Notes: generated by a model from the letters alone, not told the origin. DNA of 64,000 bases from a bacterium (GCA_965221165.1 CBDCRP010000002.1:1312001-1376000); one strand, 5' to 3'. Shown: positions 1-10,662, counted from the stretch's first letter. Numbers and translations: made by a program.

Positions 1-818
1 TAGCGGGCGCGGGCCGACATCAAGGCGGAGAACACGTGATCCAGCGCGACGTCGCAAACGTGAGGCCCCTCGTAGTTTCCCCAGCAGATGTGGACCCGCA
101 CCCGCGCCGGGTCGGCGTCGCGCAGCGCGTGGTTCAGGACTTCGACGTTGGCCGCCGCGATCTCGCCGAACTCGGCGTCGGAACGATCCTCGTACAGCAC
201 GTGGCGCGCGAGCCCGAGGTCCGGGCAGTCGAGCTGCAGGTCGAAGCCCGCCGCGAGGATCGCGTCGTACTCCGGCTTCATCGCGTCGGCGAGGGCCTCG
301 AGGTAGGCATCTCGAGAAGGGTAGTAGGCGTTCGGCATGAATTGCGCGATGACGCCGGGCGACGCCGCGTTCAGGAATCCGCGCTTAGCGCCGTGCGCGG
401 CCATCCCGTTCTTCATATTGGCGATGTCGGCCCTGAGGTCGGCGTCGTCCTTCGGCGCTACCGGCCCGGTGCAGCGCGGGCGGGCGAGCTTCGGGGTGCC
501 GCCTTCGCGCGCGAGGCGTTCGAGATAGCGCGGGAAGAGCTTCAGGTCCCCCGGCACGGCTCGCTCGCTGTTCCCGGAAAAGCCGGTGTAGCGGTTCTTG
601 ACGTAGGTGGTGTAGGAAATCTTGGACGTCTCGCCGTCCGAGACGATGTCGATACCGGCTTCGACCTGCCGGCGAACCGTCTCCGCGCACTCCTGCGCCA
701 TGCAGGCGGCGAAGTCGGCCGGGTCGTAGGGGTCGCCCCGGTCGCGGGCGAAGAGAAAATCGAGCGCCCGCCGGCTTCGCGGAAGCGACCCGACGTGGGT
801 GGTGGCGATGCGAGTCAT
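1..818 (-). CDS. Cobalamin-independent methionine synthase II (MetE C-terminal-like) family protein, runs off the left edge
   Basis: Not in ORF track. Manual translation from ATG 818: MTRIATTHVGSLPRS...RQVEAGIDIVSDGE...HICWGNYEGPH (HxCxGN zinc motif). GGAGGAG RBS upstream. Confidence 0.85.
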   Translation of the reverse strand, partial: MTRIATTHVGSLPRSRRALDFLFARDRGDPYDPADFAACMAQECAETVRRQVEAGIDIVSDGETSKISYTTYVKNRYTGFSGNSERAVPGDLKLFPRYLERLAREGGTPKLARPRCTGPVAPKDDADLRADIANMKNGMAAHGAKRGFLNAASPGVIAQFMPNAYYPSRDAYLEALADAMKPEYDAILAAGFDLQLDCPDLGLARHVLYEDRSDAEFGEIAAANVEVLNHALRDADPARVRVHICWGNYEGPHVCDVALDHVFSALMSARAR

Positions 819-864
819 AAGGGTCTCCTCCTCGTCCGACCGGCCGGGAAAGCCTGCCGCCCGG

Positions 865-2253
865 CTAGATGAACTTCCACGGACTGTAGAGCGGCACCTT
901 GCTCCTCTTCAAGACCTCTTTCGCCCGGCGCCCGATCCGCTCCACGATCTCCATCTCGTCTATCGATTTGACCTCGCGGTTCTCCATCACGAACTTCCCG
1001 TCGACCATGACGCTCTCACAACTGCTCCCCTGGGCCGAATAGACGAAATTCTGGAGCTCGTTGTAGAGGGGGACCCAGTCCGGCCGCTTCATGTCGAAGA
1101 TGGCGACGTCGGCCTTCTTGCCCGGCTCGATGGAACCGATCTCCCTCTCCATGTTCATCGCCCTGGCGCCGTTGATGGTCGCCATCTCGATGGCCTTTTC
1201 GGCGCTTCCGGCAGCCGGGTCGTAGCGGTAGTCCTTCGGGGTCGCCGCCGCCAGATACATGAGGCGCACCATGTCGTTGAAGTTGGAGCAGTCCGAAGCG
1301 TCGGTTCCGATGGCGACGTTGACGCCCGCCTCCATCATCTCCGGGAACTTCCCGAACGCGGAGAGGCCGTAGCTGATCTTCATGGCGGTGCTCGGACAAT
1401 GCAGGACGTTCGTCCCCGTCTCGGCGAGAAGCCCGATCTCCTTGCCGCTCACGTGGACCATGTGGGTGAGGGCCACGTTCTTTCCGAGGGCGCCGATGTC
1501 GTAGAGATGCTCGATGGGGCGGGCGCCGCTCATGCTCAGGCTCTCCTGGACGTTCTCGATCATGTTGGCCTGGTGCATGTGGAGGATGGTCCTGTGCCTG
1601 TCCGCCATCTCCTTGGACTTTTGGTAGAGCCGGTCCGAGCAGCGCCCCATCCCCACGACGACGACGCAGGGTTTCACGAGCCCCACCCCGCCCCGGTAGT
1701 CCTTCATGAACTTCTCGTTCTCGCTCAGGCACTTTCGGGTGCTCTCGACCAGCATGTTGTGGCCCTGGCTCACCATGTCGAAGGACCTGCGGCCCATCAA
1801 GCCCCGCATTCCAATCCGGGAGACGCCCTCGATGACGGGGCCGGGGTTGTAGGAGCCCGCCTCGAGGAAGGTCGTCACCCCCGTCTTGAGGGTTTCGACC
1901 AGAATCCCGAGACCGCCCCATATCTCGTCCTCGGCACTCACGATGGTGGCGACCCGGCGGTGGACGAAGTCGGACCACGGCATCCCGGCCAGGGTCTCGG
2001 GCGAGAGGCCCCTGTGCATGTGGTGGTAGAAGTGGATGTGCGCGTTGATCAGGCCGGGGGTGACGAGCTTCATGGTGGCGTCGTAGGTCCGTTTGGCCTC
2101 GTATTTTCTCCTGAGGGCGGAAGCCTTCCCGACGTCCTTGATCCGGTTCTTCGCAACCGCTACGGCGCCGTTGCGGATGACCCTCCGCTGCGGGTCCACG
2201 GTGACGACGGTTCCGTTCTCAATCAGGACATCCACCTTGGGCTTTGCAGCCAT
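865..2253 (-). CDS. Metal-dependent amidohydrolase (MTA/SAH deaminase / AtzA-TrzA-like)
   Basis: PGLINAHIH (HxH), HMH, HMVH, GTD, ATINGARA, GSIEPGKKAD. Start moved to MAAKPK (ATG 2253) after GGGAGGA. Confidence 0.85.
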   Translation of the reverse strand: MAAKPKVDVLIENGTVVTVDPQRRVIRNGAVAVAKNRIKDVGKASALRRKYEAKRTYDATMKLVTPGLINAHIHFYHHMHRGLSPETLAGMPWSDFVHRRVATIVSAEDEIWGGLGILVETLKTGVTTFLEAGSYNPGPVIEGVSRIGMRGLMGRRSFDMVSQGHNMLVESTRKCLSENEKFMKDYRGGVGLVKPCVVVVGMGRCSDRLYQKSKEMADRHRTILHMHQANMIENVQESLSMSGARPIEHLYDIGALGKNVALTHMVHVSGKEIGLLAETGTNVLHCPSTAMKISYGLSAFGKFPEMMEAGVNVAIGTDASDCSNFNDMVRLMYLAAATPKDYRYDPAAGSAEKAIEMATINGARAMNMEREIGSIEPGKKADVAIFDMKRPDWVPLYNELQNFVYSAQGSSCESVMVDGKFVMENREVKSIDEMEIVERIGRRAKEVLKRSKVPLYSPWKFI

Positions 2254-2322
2254 GGCATCCTCCCCTGCGCAGGATTCCAGAGAATCGATCTTTCCGTTTC
2301 TCCCAAAGGGACAGAATACGAA

Positions 2323-2950
2323 GGGAATTATATACTTGGCTAGCCAGTCCCTGTGGTGTATATTTAGATCAACACTACACAAGGGGTTTTTGGATGGCAA
2401 CCGAGGCAAAAGAGCAAACGATAAGCATTTCGGGGTTTTTCCAACACTTTCCCGATGAGGAAGCCGCCACGGAGTGGTTTGAGAAACAACGCTGGCCGGG
2501 AGAGATGTATTGCTCTCATTGCGGAGTGGTCGGCAATATCGCGAAAGTCAAGAACGCCAAGCCCATGCCGTGGCGTTGCCGTGAATGCCGCAAGCACTTT
2601 TCCGTCAGAACAAAAAGCGTTCTCGCGAAATCGCCGATTCCCCTTCAAAAATGGCTTATGGCCGCATATCTAATGAGTGCCTCGCGTAAAGGCATTTCCA
2701 GCGTCCAGCTTGCCAGGCATCTGGGCGTGACCCAAAAAACGGCGTGGTTTGTAGAGCACCGCATCCGTGAAGCATACGCCGAGGTGGGCGGACTGCTCGG
2801 CTCCGGGGCCGTATTGGATGAGGTCTATATCGGCGGCAAGGAACACGACAAACACAATAGCAAGTGAAGGGATGACGGGAAGCGTGGGCCATCCGGCAAG
2901 CAAGCCGTCCTTGGCATGGTGGAGCGCGGCGGCGAAGTGCGGGATTAGGC
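2323..2950 (+). mobile_element. IS1595-family insertion sequence remnant (ISNwi1-like left end), truncated transposase
   Basis: Transposase from ATG 2394 with CSHC/CREC zinc ribbon, KGISSVQLARHLGVTQKTAWF HTH and DEVYIGG. In-frame TGA at 2865-2867, then homology continues (GKQAVLGMVERGGEVR) to a stop. GGGAATTAT at 2323 matches the ggnnatTAT end pattern. Confidence 0.85.
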
Positions 2951-3057
2951 GGGAGAAAGAATTTTAGACCTTCCGTGAGGAGGCGCATCGCAATGCGCCG
3001 AAAGGCGTGCTTCCCGCTTCGGGAAATCGCGATGATGAAATAATCGGCTCTCCCCGC

Positions 3058-5118
3058 TCACGAGGCCAATGGGGGATGCGAATAGGGGGTTACAATCGGC
3101 CGGAGCCATATTTGCTCTTTGTCCTGTAGTTTCAGAATGCTCGCCGCGACGGGTCCGAGGGAAGTTTCCCCCATGGCCAACCCCGGCGTGATCTTCACCC
3201 AGGCCCGCAAGGGCGCTCCCCGCGCCGGAACATACTCTACGAGCATCCCCTCTGAAAATCCTTGTTCGCTCGCCGTCTCCGAAGACATCGGGCACACTCG
3301 TCGACTGCCGCCGTAGGCGTCCTCCTCGCCCACGCGGACGGTGAGATAGACCCTTCCCTTACTAAGCCGCTCCCGCGCAGAGGAGGTCGCGGCCAACTCG
3401 AGCACTCCGTCCTTTAAGACCACGCCATAGACTTCCCGCGCATCCTCCGCTCTGATGTATCCCTGCCGGACATCGGCCAGCACCGCTTCGGGATCGCGGA
3501 GGAGAGGATCTCCCCAACCGCCTCCACCCGCGGAGCGGAGGACGACGGCATCACCTTCTCTGAGCGGAAAGGCCGTGGCCTTTCCCGGCACGTCGGAAGG
3601 CTCCACCTCCGAATCTTCCCGGGACACCGTGAATCGGTTTCCTCCGCCCGAGGTGCCGCCGTCCACCCCGTAGGGAGGAATGATCACGCGGTCCGTCAGA
3701 ACGGTGAGACCCGCGCCGCCGGCCTCCAGGCGGATTTTCCGCTCCATTCCCAAACCGCCGCGCCATTCCCCGTGCCCGCAGGAGCCGATCCGAAGGCCGC
3801 TCTCCTCCACGAGGATCGGAAGCGTGGCTTCCAGGCTCTCTACCGGCTGGACGGCGTTAAAGTCCCCTTCGGTGTAGGTTCGAATGGCGTGGTCTCCGTC
3901 GCTTCCCGCGAGAGCGCCCGTGCCCCCCGCCGGATATTCATAGTAGAGGAAGGCCTCGCCCGAGTCCGGTTGGCTGCCGGCGATGTAGCAATGGTTGGCC
4001 GCCCCCTTGGTGTCACCCACCGAAAGGTCGGGCATCGCTTGAACCGCCGCTCCTAAAACGCACGATTCAATCGTGCGCCGCACGTCGGAAGCGCCGCCGA
4101 AAGGAGCGGGAAATTCCGCATTGAGAATAGACCCTATCGGGGCTTCCATCGTAAGGGGGCGGAAACAACCCGCATTCACGCTTAACGCGGGATCCAGGAG
4201 CGATTTGAGCACCATGAAGCATGATGTGGCCACCGTTGCCGGTCCCGCATTCGTAGGTCCTTTCACCTGCCTGGAAGTCCCGCTGAAATCACAGTGGATT
4301 TGATCTTCCTTAATCTGGAGGCGAAGCGAAATTCGCAGCGGCTCGGTTCCCGTTCCGCTGTTGTCGACGTAGTTCTCGTAGTGAAATACGCCGTCGGGAA
4401 GCGCGCGTATGGCCGCCCGCATCCGTTTCTCCGCCCTGTCGAGGAGATTATCGTTCACCGCCTGGAGCGTTTCCCGTCCATATCGATCCTCGATTTCGTC
4501 CAGGCGCCGCTGAGCAAGCTGGCAGGTGCCGAGCATGGCCATCAGGTCGCCATGCCTGTCCTCCCGGCCTCGCATGTTCCGGAGAATGATGTCCAGGCAT
4601 TCCTGGTTCAACTCACCCCGGGAAAAGAGGCGAATGGGCGGGACGATCATTCCCTCCATGAAGATGTGGGAGGCGTCACCGGAGAGACTACCGGCCACGG
4701 AGCCGCCGACATCCCCCCAATGAGCGCGGAGCGCCGGGAACACAAGCGCGCGCCCCTCAAAAAACCGGGGGCAGAACATCGCCATGTCGTTCATGTGGGT
4801 TCCGCAAATATAGGGGTCGTTCAGGAGGAAAATGTCGCCCGGATGAATATCGCCGGCGTACCGCGTGAAAACCGCCCTGGCGGCGTAGGAGATAGGAAAG
4901 ATGTGCCCGGGATGATCTTCCGACTGGGCGACCAAACCTCCCTCCGGCGAAAGAAGAGCACAGGAAAAATCGTGTCCTTCGTTGATGATCGATGAGAATG
5001 CGCTTCGCGAAAAAGTAACCCGCATCTCGCGGACCACGGAGATGAGGAGTTCTTGAATGACCGAGATGGTGACGGCGTCGGCCGAGGCGCTCTCTTGAAT
5101 CGCCCGGTTATCGTCCAT
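3058..5118 (-). CDS. Hydantoinase B / oxoprolinase subunit with C-terminal extension
   Basis: SSIINEGHDFSCA, NDPYICGTHMND, AHWGDVGG, GEWRGGLG, GGGGWGDP motifs. Confidence 0.9.
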   Translation of the reverse strand: MDDNRAIQESASADAVTISVIQELLISVVREMRVTFSRSAFSSIINEGHDFSCALLSPEGGLVAQSEDHPGHIFPISYAARAVFTRYAGDIHPGDIFLLNDPYICGTHMNDMAMFCPRFFEGRALVFPALRAHWGDVGGSVAGSLSGDASHIFMEGMIVPPIRLFSRGELNQECLDIILRNMRGREDRHGDLMAMLGTCQLAQRRLDEIEDRYGRETLQAVNDNLLDRAEKRMRAAIRALPDGVFHYENYVDNSGTGTEPLRISLRLQIKEDQIHCDFSGTSRQVKGPTNAGPATVATSCFMVLKSLLDPALSVNAGCFRPLTMEAPIGSILNAEFPAPFGGASDVRRTIESCVLGAAVQAMPDLSVGDTKGAANHCYIAGSQPDSGEAFLYYEYPAGGTGALAGSDGDHAIRTYTEGDFNAVQPVESLEATLPILVEESGLRIGSCGHGEWRGGLGMERKIRLEAGGAGLTVLTDRVIIPPYGVDGGTSGGGNRFTVSREDSEVEPSDVPGKATAFPLREGDAVVLRSAGGGGWGDPLLRDPEAVLADVRQGYIRAEDAREVYGVVLKDGVLELAATSSARERLSKGRVYLTVRVGEEDAYGGSRRVCPMSSETASEQGFSEGMLVEYVPARGAPLRAWVKITPGLAMGETSLGPVAASILKLQDKEQIWLRPIVTPYSHPPLAS

Positions 5119-5120
5119 GG

Positions 5121-6410
5121 TCAGTCGAGGCCTCCGGCGCATACGGTTCTCGCCGCTTCCAGGAACTCTTCCAAGTCTGATTCGCCGTGGGCCGTGGAAA
5201 GATAGTTCTTGGCCCTGCGGCTCATGAAAACGCCTTGCGCGAACATTTTTCGGACGAATGATTCGAACCGCTTCCGGTCGGCTTGCGTCTGACCCCGATA
5301 GTCCGTGACCGGATTCGGCGTGAAAAATACCTGGAATAAGGGGCCGACCCCTTGCACCCGGGCCGGAATCGCGTGTTCGTCAAATAACGCCGCCAGCTCC
5401 CTGCGGTATCTCTCCCCCATGTCGCGTAAGCCGTCGTAGACGCCGGGTCGGGACAATTCCTGCAAGGTGGCGAGCGCCGCGGCGGCGCACATCGGATTAC
5501 CCGAGAGCGTTCCGCTGAAATAGACGTACTCCGGCTCCCCCTTGCGGACGGGGTCCGCCAGCTCCATCACGTCCGCCCTTCCCGCGACCGCCGACAAGGG
5601 AAATCCGCACGCGACCGCTTTGCCGTAAGCCGCCAAATCGGGAACGACGCCAAAATACTCCTGCGCTCCTCCGTAGGCCAGCCGGAATCCGGTCACCACC
5701 TCGTCGAAAACGAGCAGCACCCCGTGCTCGGTCGTCACCTGGCGAAGCTGTTCGAGAAATCCCGGGGCCGGGGGAATGGACCGCTGAACAGGCTCGACGA
5801 TTACGGCGGCAAGCTCCGCGGCGTACTCTTCCACCAACCCGCAAGCGATATCGGTATTATTGAAGGGAGCCGTCATTACAAGTTCCTGAACCGCAGAGGG
5901 AACCCCGGCCGAATCCGGGCGGGGAGAGGGATACAGGTTCGAGCGCGGAGGGGAAACACTCATCATTCCGTAATCGTTGTGGCCTATGTAGCTCCCTTCG
6001 AATTTTAGAATTTTCTCCTTGCCGGTGAAGGCGCGCGCCAGTCGCAACGCGAAGAACGTGGCCTCCCCGCCCGTTGAAGCAAAACGGACCAGTTCCGCGC
6101 AAGGAATCGCCTTCACCAGTTCCTCGGCCAACTCGATGGAGCGATCACTCAGCGTATAGTAAGTCGAACCGAGTTCCATCTGCCTTCGAACCGCTTCGAG
6201 GATGGACGGATGAGCGTGGCCCAAAATGAGCGAGCCGCCACCCATCGTGAAATCGAGGAAACCACGCCCATCCACGTCATAAAGGCGGCTTCCCTCTCCG
6301 CGAGAAGCGATCAGCATCGTGTCGTCCGGAAGCGTCAGGTCCCCGAGCCAACCGCCCGGGAGGCAATCACGGGCCCTTTCAAGGAACTCCGTCCCCTTTT
6401 TTGAAATCAT
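5121..6410 (-). CDS. Class III aminotransferase (glutamate-1-semialdehyde aminomutase-like)
   Basis: LILGHAHP, STGGEA, VFDEVVTGFR, AAYGKA (PLP lysine), SGTLSGNP. Confidence 0.85.
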   Translation of the reverse strand: MISKKGTEFLERARDCLPGGWLGDLTLPDDTMLIASRGEGSRLYDVDGRGFLDFTMGGGSLILGHAHPSILEAVRRQMELGSTYYTLSDRSIELAEELVKAIPCAELVRFASTGGEATFFALRLARAFTGKEKILKFEGSYIGHNDYGMMSVSPPRSNLYPSPRPDSAGVPSAVQELVMTAPFNNTDIACGLVEEYAAELAAVIVEPVQRSIPPAPGFLEQLRQVTTEHGVLLVFDEVVTGFRLAYGGAQEYFGVVPDLAAYGKAVACGFPLSAVAGRADVMELADPVRKGEPEYVYFSGTLSGNPMCAAAALATLQELSRPGVYDGLRDMGERYRRELAALFDEHAIPARVQGVGPLFQVFFTPNPVTDYRGQTQADRKRFESFVRKMFAQGVFMSRRAKNYLSTAHGESDLEEFLEAARTVCAGGLD

Positions 6411-6559
6411 CTTTGCACCTCTTTATTCATAGCAGGCCACAATTCCAGCGAATGTTTCCGAAGAGCCTCGAAATTGTTCGAAATCCTTATATTAGAATCG
6501 TTCCCCTTCACTACAACCTCCCGCCAACCATCATATGGCAAGACGGCGCCCTGGTTGTT

Positions 6560-8602
6560 CTACCGGCGCCGCAACAGGAGATGCCCGCTCGCGTGGACCG
6601 TGGCGCGCCACCCCGGAGGAATAACCGTCGTGGCTCCGCTCTCCTCAAATATGGCAGGACCTCCCACGGTCGCTCCAGGCCCGACCTCCGTTCGGTCAAA
6701 CACGGAGGTATCGCGCCACTCCCCCTCAAACCAGACTTTCCGTACCTCAGTGGGACCCTCGCCACTCCCCTGCTTTGCTCGACAGGTTTTCGCCTGATAC
6801 GTCTGGACCTCTCCCTCACCGATAATCTGGATGGAGATCACCTCCCATTCGGTCGCGGGATCCGGGTTGCGGCCGTAGCGTTCGGCATAAATCTTTTGGA
6901 AGGCGACATCGATGGCCGACATATCCACCCGGTACGGAGACGACCCCAGGGGAACGGGAATCTCATGAGCCTGCCCGAGACAGCGCATCTCCAAAAAACA
7001 CGACAAAGAGATGCTTTCCTCCCGGACCCCGTCGGTCCGCAGGCGATCCTCAACCCCCTTGGCCATTCCTCCGAGCCGCCCTCGCAAGTCCGCCAAATCG
7101 AGGGAGGAGGAGCGTTCGAGATAGGTGGCGGTCGCATCCCGGCGCATCTTCGCCATCACGAGCCCCATGGCGGAAAAATTCCCCGGGTGAATCGGAACCA
7201 CGACCGTTTCGATATCGAGATCATCCGCGATGGCCGTGGCGTGCATGGGCCCTGCCCCGCCAAAGGCCACGAAAGCGAATTCGCGCGGGTCGAATCCTCT
7301 CTCGAGCGAGATCTCGCGGATGAGTCGAACCGTTCGGGCCACGAGAATTTTCAACGCCCCTTCGGCCAACTCCTCGGGCGAGCGAAATTCGAGTCTTTTC
7401 TGCACCGGGGCCATAGCCTCTCGCGCCAACGAGGCGTCCACCCGTATTTTCCCGCCGAGAAGGGCGCCGTCTCCGATTCGGTTCAAGGTTACGTTCGCGT
7501 CGGTGATGGTGGGCTCCTCTCCCCCGAATCCATAACAGGCGGGACCCGGCGAGGAACCCGCGCTCCTGGGTCCTACGCAAAGCGCCCCGTCGACATCGAC
7601 CCACACGATGCTCCCGGCTCCCGCGCCAACGGTTTTAATCTCGAGCTGGGCGGCGCGGATGGGTATGCCCGAGATAACGGTATCTCCGGCGTAAAGAATC
7701 CTATCTCCGAGGAGGAGGGCGACGTCTGCGCTCGTTCCGCCCATGTCGCAGGTGATGAGATTCGCAATCTCGAGTTCCTCAGAGATAAAACGCCCCGCGG
7801 TGACCCCGCCGGCCGGCCCCGAAAAGATGGTCCGTACCGGAAAGGCCTCCGCCGTGTCGATATCCATCACACCGCCGGCCGAGCCCATGATGTAAATCTT
7901 CCGGTTGTCCAGCTTCCCGATGTCGCCGTCCCGGAGTTTCGAGAGATATCGTCCCGCCGCCGGACCGACATAGGCGTTCACCACTGTTGTGGAGAACCGC
8001 TCGAACTCGCGGTACTGGGGGTTCACGGAGCTTGAGAGCGAGATGTAGACCTCCGGCCCGAGTTGGTCCCGCAACCACTGCCCGACGGCTTCCTCGTGAG
8101 CCGGATTCTCGTAGGAATGAAGGAAGCAAACCGCCACCGCCTCGACTCCTTCTCGTTTCAAATTTTCCACTACGCTCGTGAACTCTTCCGGCCGGGGCGA
8201 GGCTTCAACGTTCCCATTCGCCCGGAGACGCTCGTCCACCTCCTCTCTAAGGTTTATGGGAACCAGAGGCGGCGGACGGCGGAATTGAATATTGAACATT
8301 CCGCCCTCGACCAGCCGCCGGCATCTTCCAATTTCGATGACATCACGGAACCCGCGTGTGGTCACCATCGCCGTAACGGCTCCGCGCCGCTCCAGGAGCG
8401 CATTGGTGGCGACGGTGGTTCCATGAATCATCCGGTCCAATTCCTCACCTTCGAGCCCGAGATCCCGGAGGCACGCCAAGATGGCGCTTGCGGGTTCATC
8501 CGAAACCGAGGGGATCTTTCCCGTCCGCACCTCGCCGCGTTCGGGATCGATGGCCACAAGGTCGGTAAACGTTCCACCGATGTCGACACCTAACGTAAAC
8601 AA
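6560..8602 (-). CDS. Hydantoinase A / oxoprolinase subunit
   Basis: GVDIGGTFTD, HGTTVATNALLE, SGPAGG, DMGGTS, FGGAGPMHA. Confidence 0.92.
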   Translation of the reverse strand: MFTLGVDIGGTFTDLVAIDPERGEVRTGKIPSVSDEPASAILACLRDLGLEGEELDRMIHGTTVATNALLERRGAVTAMVTTRGFRDVIEIGRCRRLVEGGMFNIQFRRPPPLVPINLREEVDERLRANGNVEASPRPEEFTSVVENLKREGVEAVAVCFLHSYENPAHEEAVGQWLRDQLGPEVYISLSSSVNPQYREFERFSTTVVNAYVGPAAGRYLSKLRDGDIGKLDNRKIYIMGSAGGVMDIDTAEAFPVRTIFSGPAGGVTAGRFISEELEIANLITCDMGGTSADVALLLGDRILYAGDTVISGIPIRAAQLEIKTVGAGAGSIVWVDVDGALCVGPRSAGSSPGPACYGFGGEEPTITDANVTLNRIGDGALLGGKIRVDASLAREAMAPVQKRLEFRSPEELAEGALKILVARTVRLIREISLERGFDPREFAFVAFGGAGPMHATAIADDLDIETVVVPIHPGNFSAMGLVMAKMRRDATATYLERSSSLDLADLRGRLGGMAKGVEDRLRTDGVREESISLSCFLEMRCLGQAHEIPVPLGSSPYRVDMSAIDVAFQKIYAERYGRNPDPATEWEVISIQIIGEGEVQTYQAKTCRAKQGSGEGPTEVRKVWFEGEWRDTSVFDRTEVGPGATVGGPAIFEESGATTVIPPGWRATVHASGHLLLRRR

Positions 8603-8648
8603 CCGTTACCTCCTCCACGGCGCATTGGCTCAGCCATATCCAGTAACT

Positions 8649-10598
8649 TCAAGCGGCCTCCTGATTCGCCTGCCTTTTCCCAAGAATTTGCCACAGAACC
8701 ACCAACGCGAGGAGAACCGCGCCGATGAAATCGAAGAATAGTCGCGGTTCAAATAAGGCGATCGTCGCCGCTGCGAGTAAGAATCTCCGCCACATTTTCA
8801 AGGGACCCGCCAAGTAGCCGATGATGGCTCCACCAAAGCAAACCGCCGAGAGGGCCGCCGTCAAAAGCGTCCTGAAGAAAGCGACGTTCAACCCCGGATT
8901 CAGGAGGTCGCCGAAAACGAAAGCGACGGGAATAAGGTAGATGTACAGCCCGATTCGAAAGGCGAAGAAGCCTGTCCTCCAGGGGTGAGCTCCTGCAATG
9001 GCGGCAGCGGTGAAGGCGCCGCCGCAGACCGGAGGCGTCAGGTTGGAGGTCTGCGAATACCAGATGATCAAAAGGTGGGCCGCCATCGGCGTTGCGCCGA
9101 GTTCAATCAACGCCGGAGCGATCAGCACGGAAAGGAGGAGGTAGTCGGCCGTGACGGAAGAGACTCCCATCCCCAACACGAACGTCACCAAAGCGGTCAG
9201 CAAAACGGCGAAAAGGAGATATCCTCCGGATAGATCGACCACGAGAATCGAGAGTTTGGTTCCGATTCCCGTTCTGAACACAATCCCGATAATGATGCCC
9301 AGGCATCCGGCCAATCCGCCGACGGTGAGCGATCTTCGGGCGCCGACCTCGAGGATTTTGCCCCATTGGGGAATTGTCAGACGCGTGCGCCTGGAGAGGA
9401 GACTCGCCCCGCCCACTCCCAGAATAGCGACGAATACGGCGTAATCCGGACTGTAGCCCGAGCCGAGCATGTAGAAGATGAGAGCCAAAGGAACCGCAAA
9501 GGTCCAATAATTCCGGATTATTTCCCAGGGATTGCCCAACTCCTCGGGCGGCAATCCCTCGATACCCGCCTTCCTGGCATACACGTGGGCCACCACCAGC
9601 AGGGACAGCATGAACAATAGAGACGGCAGTATGGATACCTTGACTATCTCCAGATAGGGGATTCCCGTGAAATCCGCCATGAGGAATATGGCCGCGCCCA
9701 TCAATGGGGGCATGGTCACCCCGATGGTCGAGGCCGTCGCCTCGAAAGCGGCCGCCACGTGCGGCGGGAATCCGGAACGCTTCATCAGTGGGATGGTGAG
9801 CGTTCCGGTACCCACGATGTTCGCCGTGGGACTCCCGGATATCATGCCGAACAGGGCGCTCGCCACGGCGCTGAGCTTCGCCGAACCTCCCCGCGTACGT
9901 CCGATGAATGCGAGCGGGAGATTGAGGAAGAGCTCCTTGCCTCCCGACATCTCCAAAATTGCGCCGAACACGATAAAGAGAAATACGAAACTCGCAAAGA
10001 TCCGCGTGATGACGCCATAGATCGATTGGTTGCTGTACAGCCATGCCGCGGTATCCCAGATGCTGATTCCCTGATGCGTCAAATGACCCGGAAAGTAGGG
10101 GCCGAAAAGGGCGTATCCGATCAAGAGAAGCGAGATCAACGGGAGGGCGGGACCCAGCGTGCGGCGGCAAGCCTCCAGGGCCAATACGATGGCCATGATG
10201 CCGAAAACCACATCGTGCGGGAGCGCCTCGCCGAATCGCTCGATGTAGCGAATGGGAAAGTAGACATTGTAATGGTAGGTGACCGCGATGGTGCTCAATA
10301 CCAAAATTCCATCGCATACGGTAATCCGGTCGCGTGGAGATTTTTCCGACCCGGGGAAAAGGATGAAAACCAGCACGAAGGTGAACCCCAGATATCCGGA
10401 AATGAAGCTCTCGGGTGAGAAATAACCGAACCCGGCATAGTAGATATAGAGAAGAGAAAACGTGACGGAAACCAGCGTTACAACGGTGCGAAGTCCCTTC
10501 GAGCGCAAGTCACGGGGCAGTGGAATGGCGGTGGTCCGGGTGACGAAGCGGTCGAGCCAATTATTTCGGACGTCATCGCGCACGGCAACCGTCTCCAT
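8649..10598 (-). CDS. TRAP/TAXI transporter fused 4TM/12TM permease
   Basis: Highly hydrophobic; ISGSPTANIVGTGTLTIPLM, MPPLMGAAIFLMA, TPPVC motifs. Confidence 0.9.
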   Translation of the reverse strand: METVAVRDDVRNNWLDRFVTRTTAIPLPRDLRSKGLRTVVTLVSVTFSLLYIYYAGFGYFSPESFISGYLGFTFVLVFILFPGSEKSPRDRITVCDGILVLSTIAVTYHYNVYFPIRYIERFGEALPHDVVFGIMAIVLALEACRRTLGPALPLISLLLIGYALFGPYFPGHLTHQGISIWDTAAWLYSNQSIYGVITRIFASFVFLFIVFGAILEMSGGKELFLNLPLAFIGRTRGGSAKLSAVASALFGMISGSPTANIVGTGTLTIPLMKRSGFPPHVAAAFEATASTIGVTMPPLMGAAIFLMADFTGIPYLEIVKVSILPSLLFMLSLLVVAHVYARKAGIEGLPPEELGNPWEIIRNYWTFAVPLALIFYMLGSGYSPDYAVFVAILGVGGASLLSRRTRLTIPQWGKILEVGARRSLTVGGLAGCLGIIIGIVFRTGIGTKLSILVVDLSGGYLLFAVLLTALVTFVLGMGVSSVTADYLLLSVLIAPALIELGATPMAAHLLIIWYSQTSNLTPPVCGGAFTAAAIAGAHPWRTGFFAFRIGLYIYLIPVAFVFGDLLNPGLNVAFFRTLLTAALSAVCFGGAIIGYLAGPLKMWRRFLLAAATIALFEPRLFFDFIGAVLLALVVLWQILGKRQANQEAA

Positions 10599-10662
10599 CC
10601 CCTACATTCTGTAGGCATACCTCGTATGGCGTTAAGGGCGTCATATGCCGAGTGGGGGATTC

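Noticed and set aside
1-818. MetE-like gene as epoxyalkane:coenzyme M transferase linked to the ComA-like gene
   Set aside because: 50 kb apart, the MetE-like family is widespread, the ComA homologue is divergent, and no alkene monooxygenase or other coenzyme M genes are present.
36-2343. Long plus-strand ORFs 36-872 and 799-2343 (and similar ones such as 6401-8035, 10645-12180, 12177-13430, 34674-35942)
   Set aside because: Antisense shadows of well-supported genes in GC-rich DNA; no recognisable motifs.
2865-2867. In-frame TGA in the IS1595 transposase as possible Sec or readthrough
   Set aside because: Not at a Cys-type position, and the gene stops again shortly after; simple decay.
5121-6410. 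hemL assignment
   Set aside because: Catabolic context and missing canonical PGGVNSPVR and YHGH motifs; treated as a paralogue.
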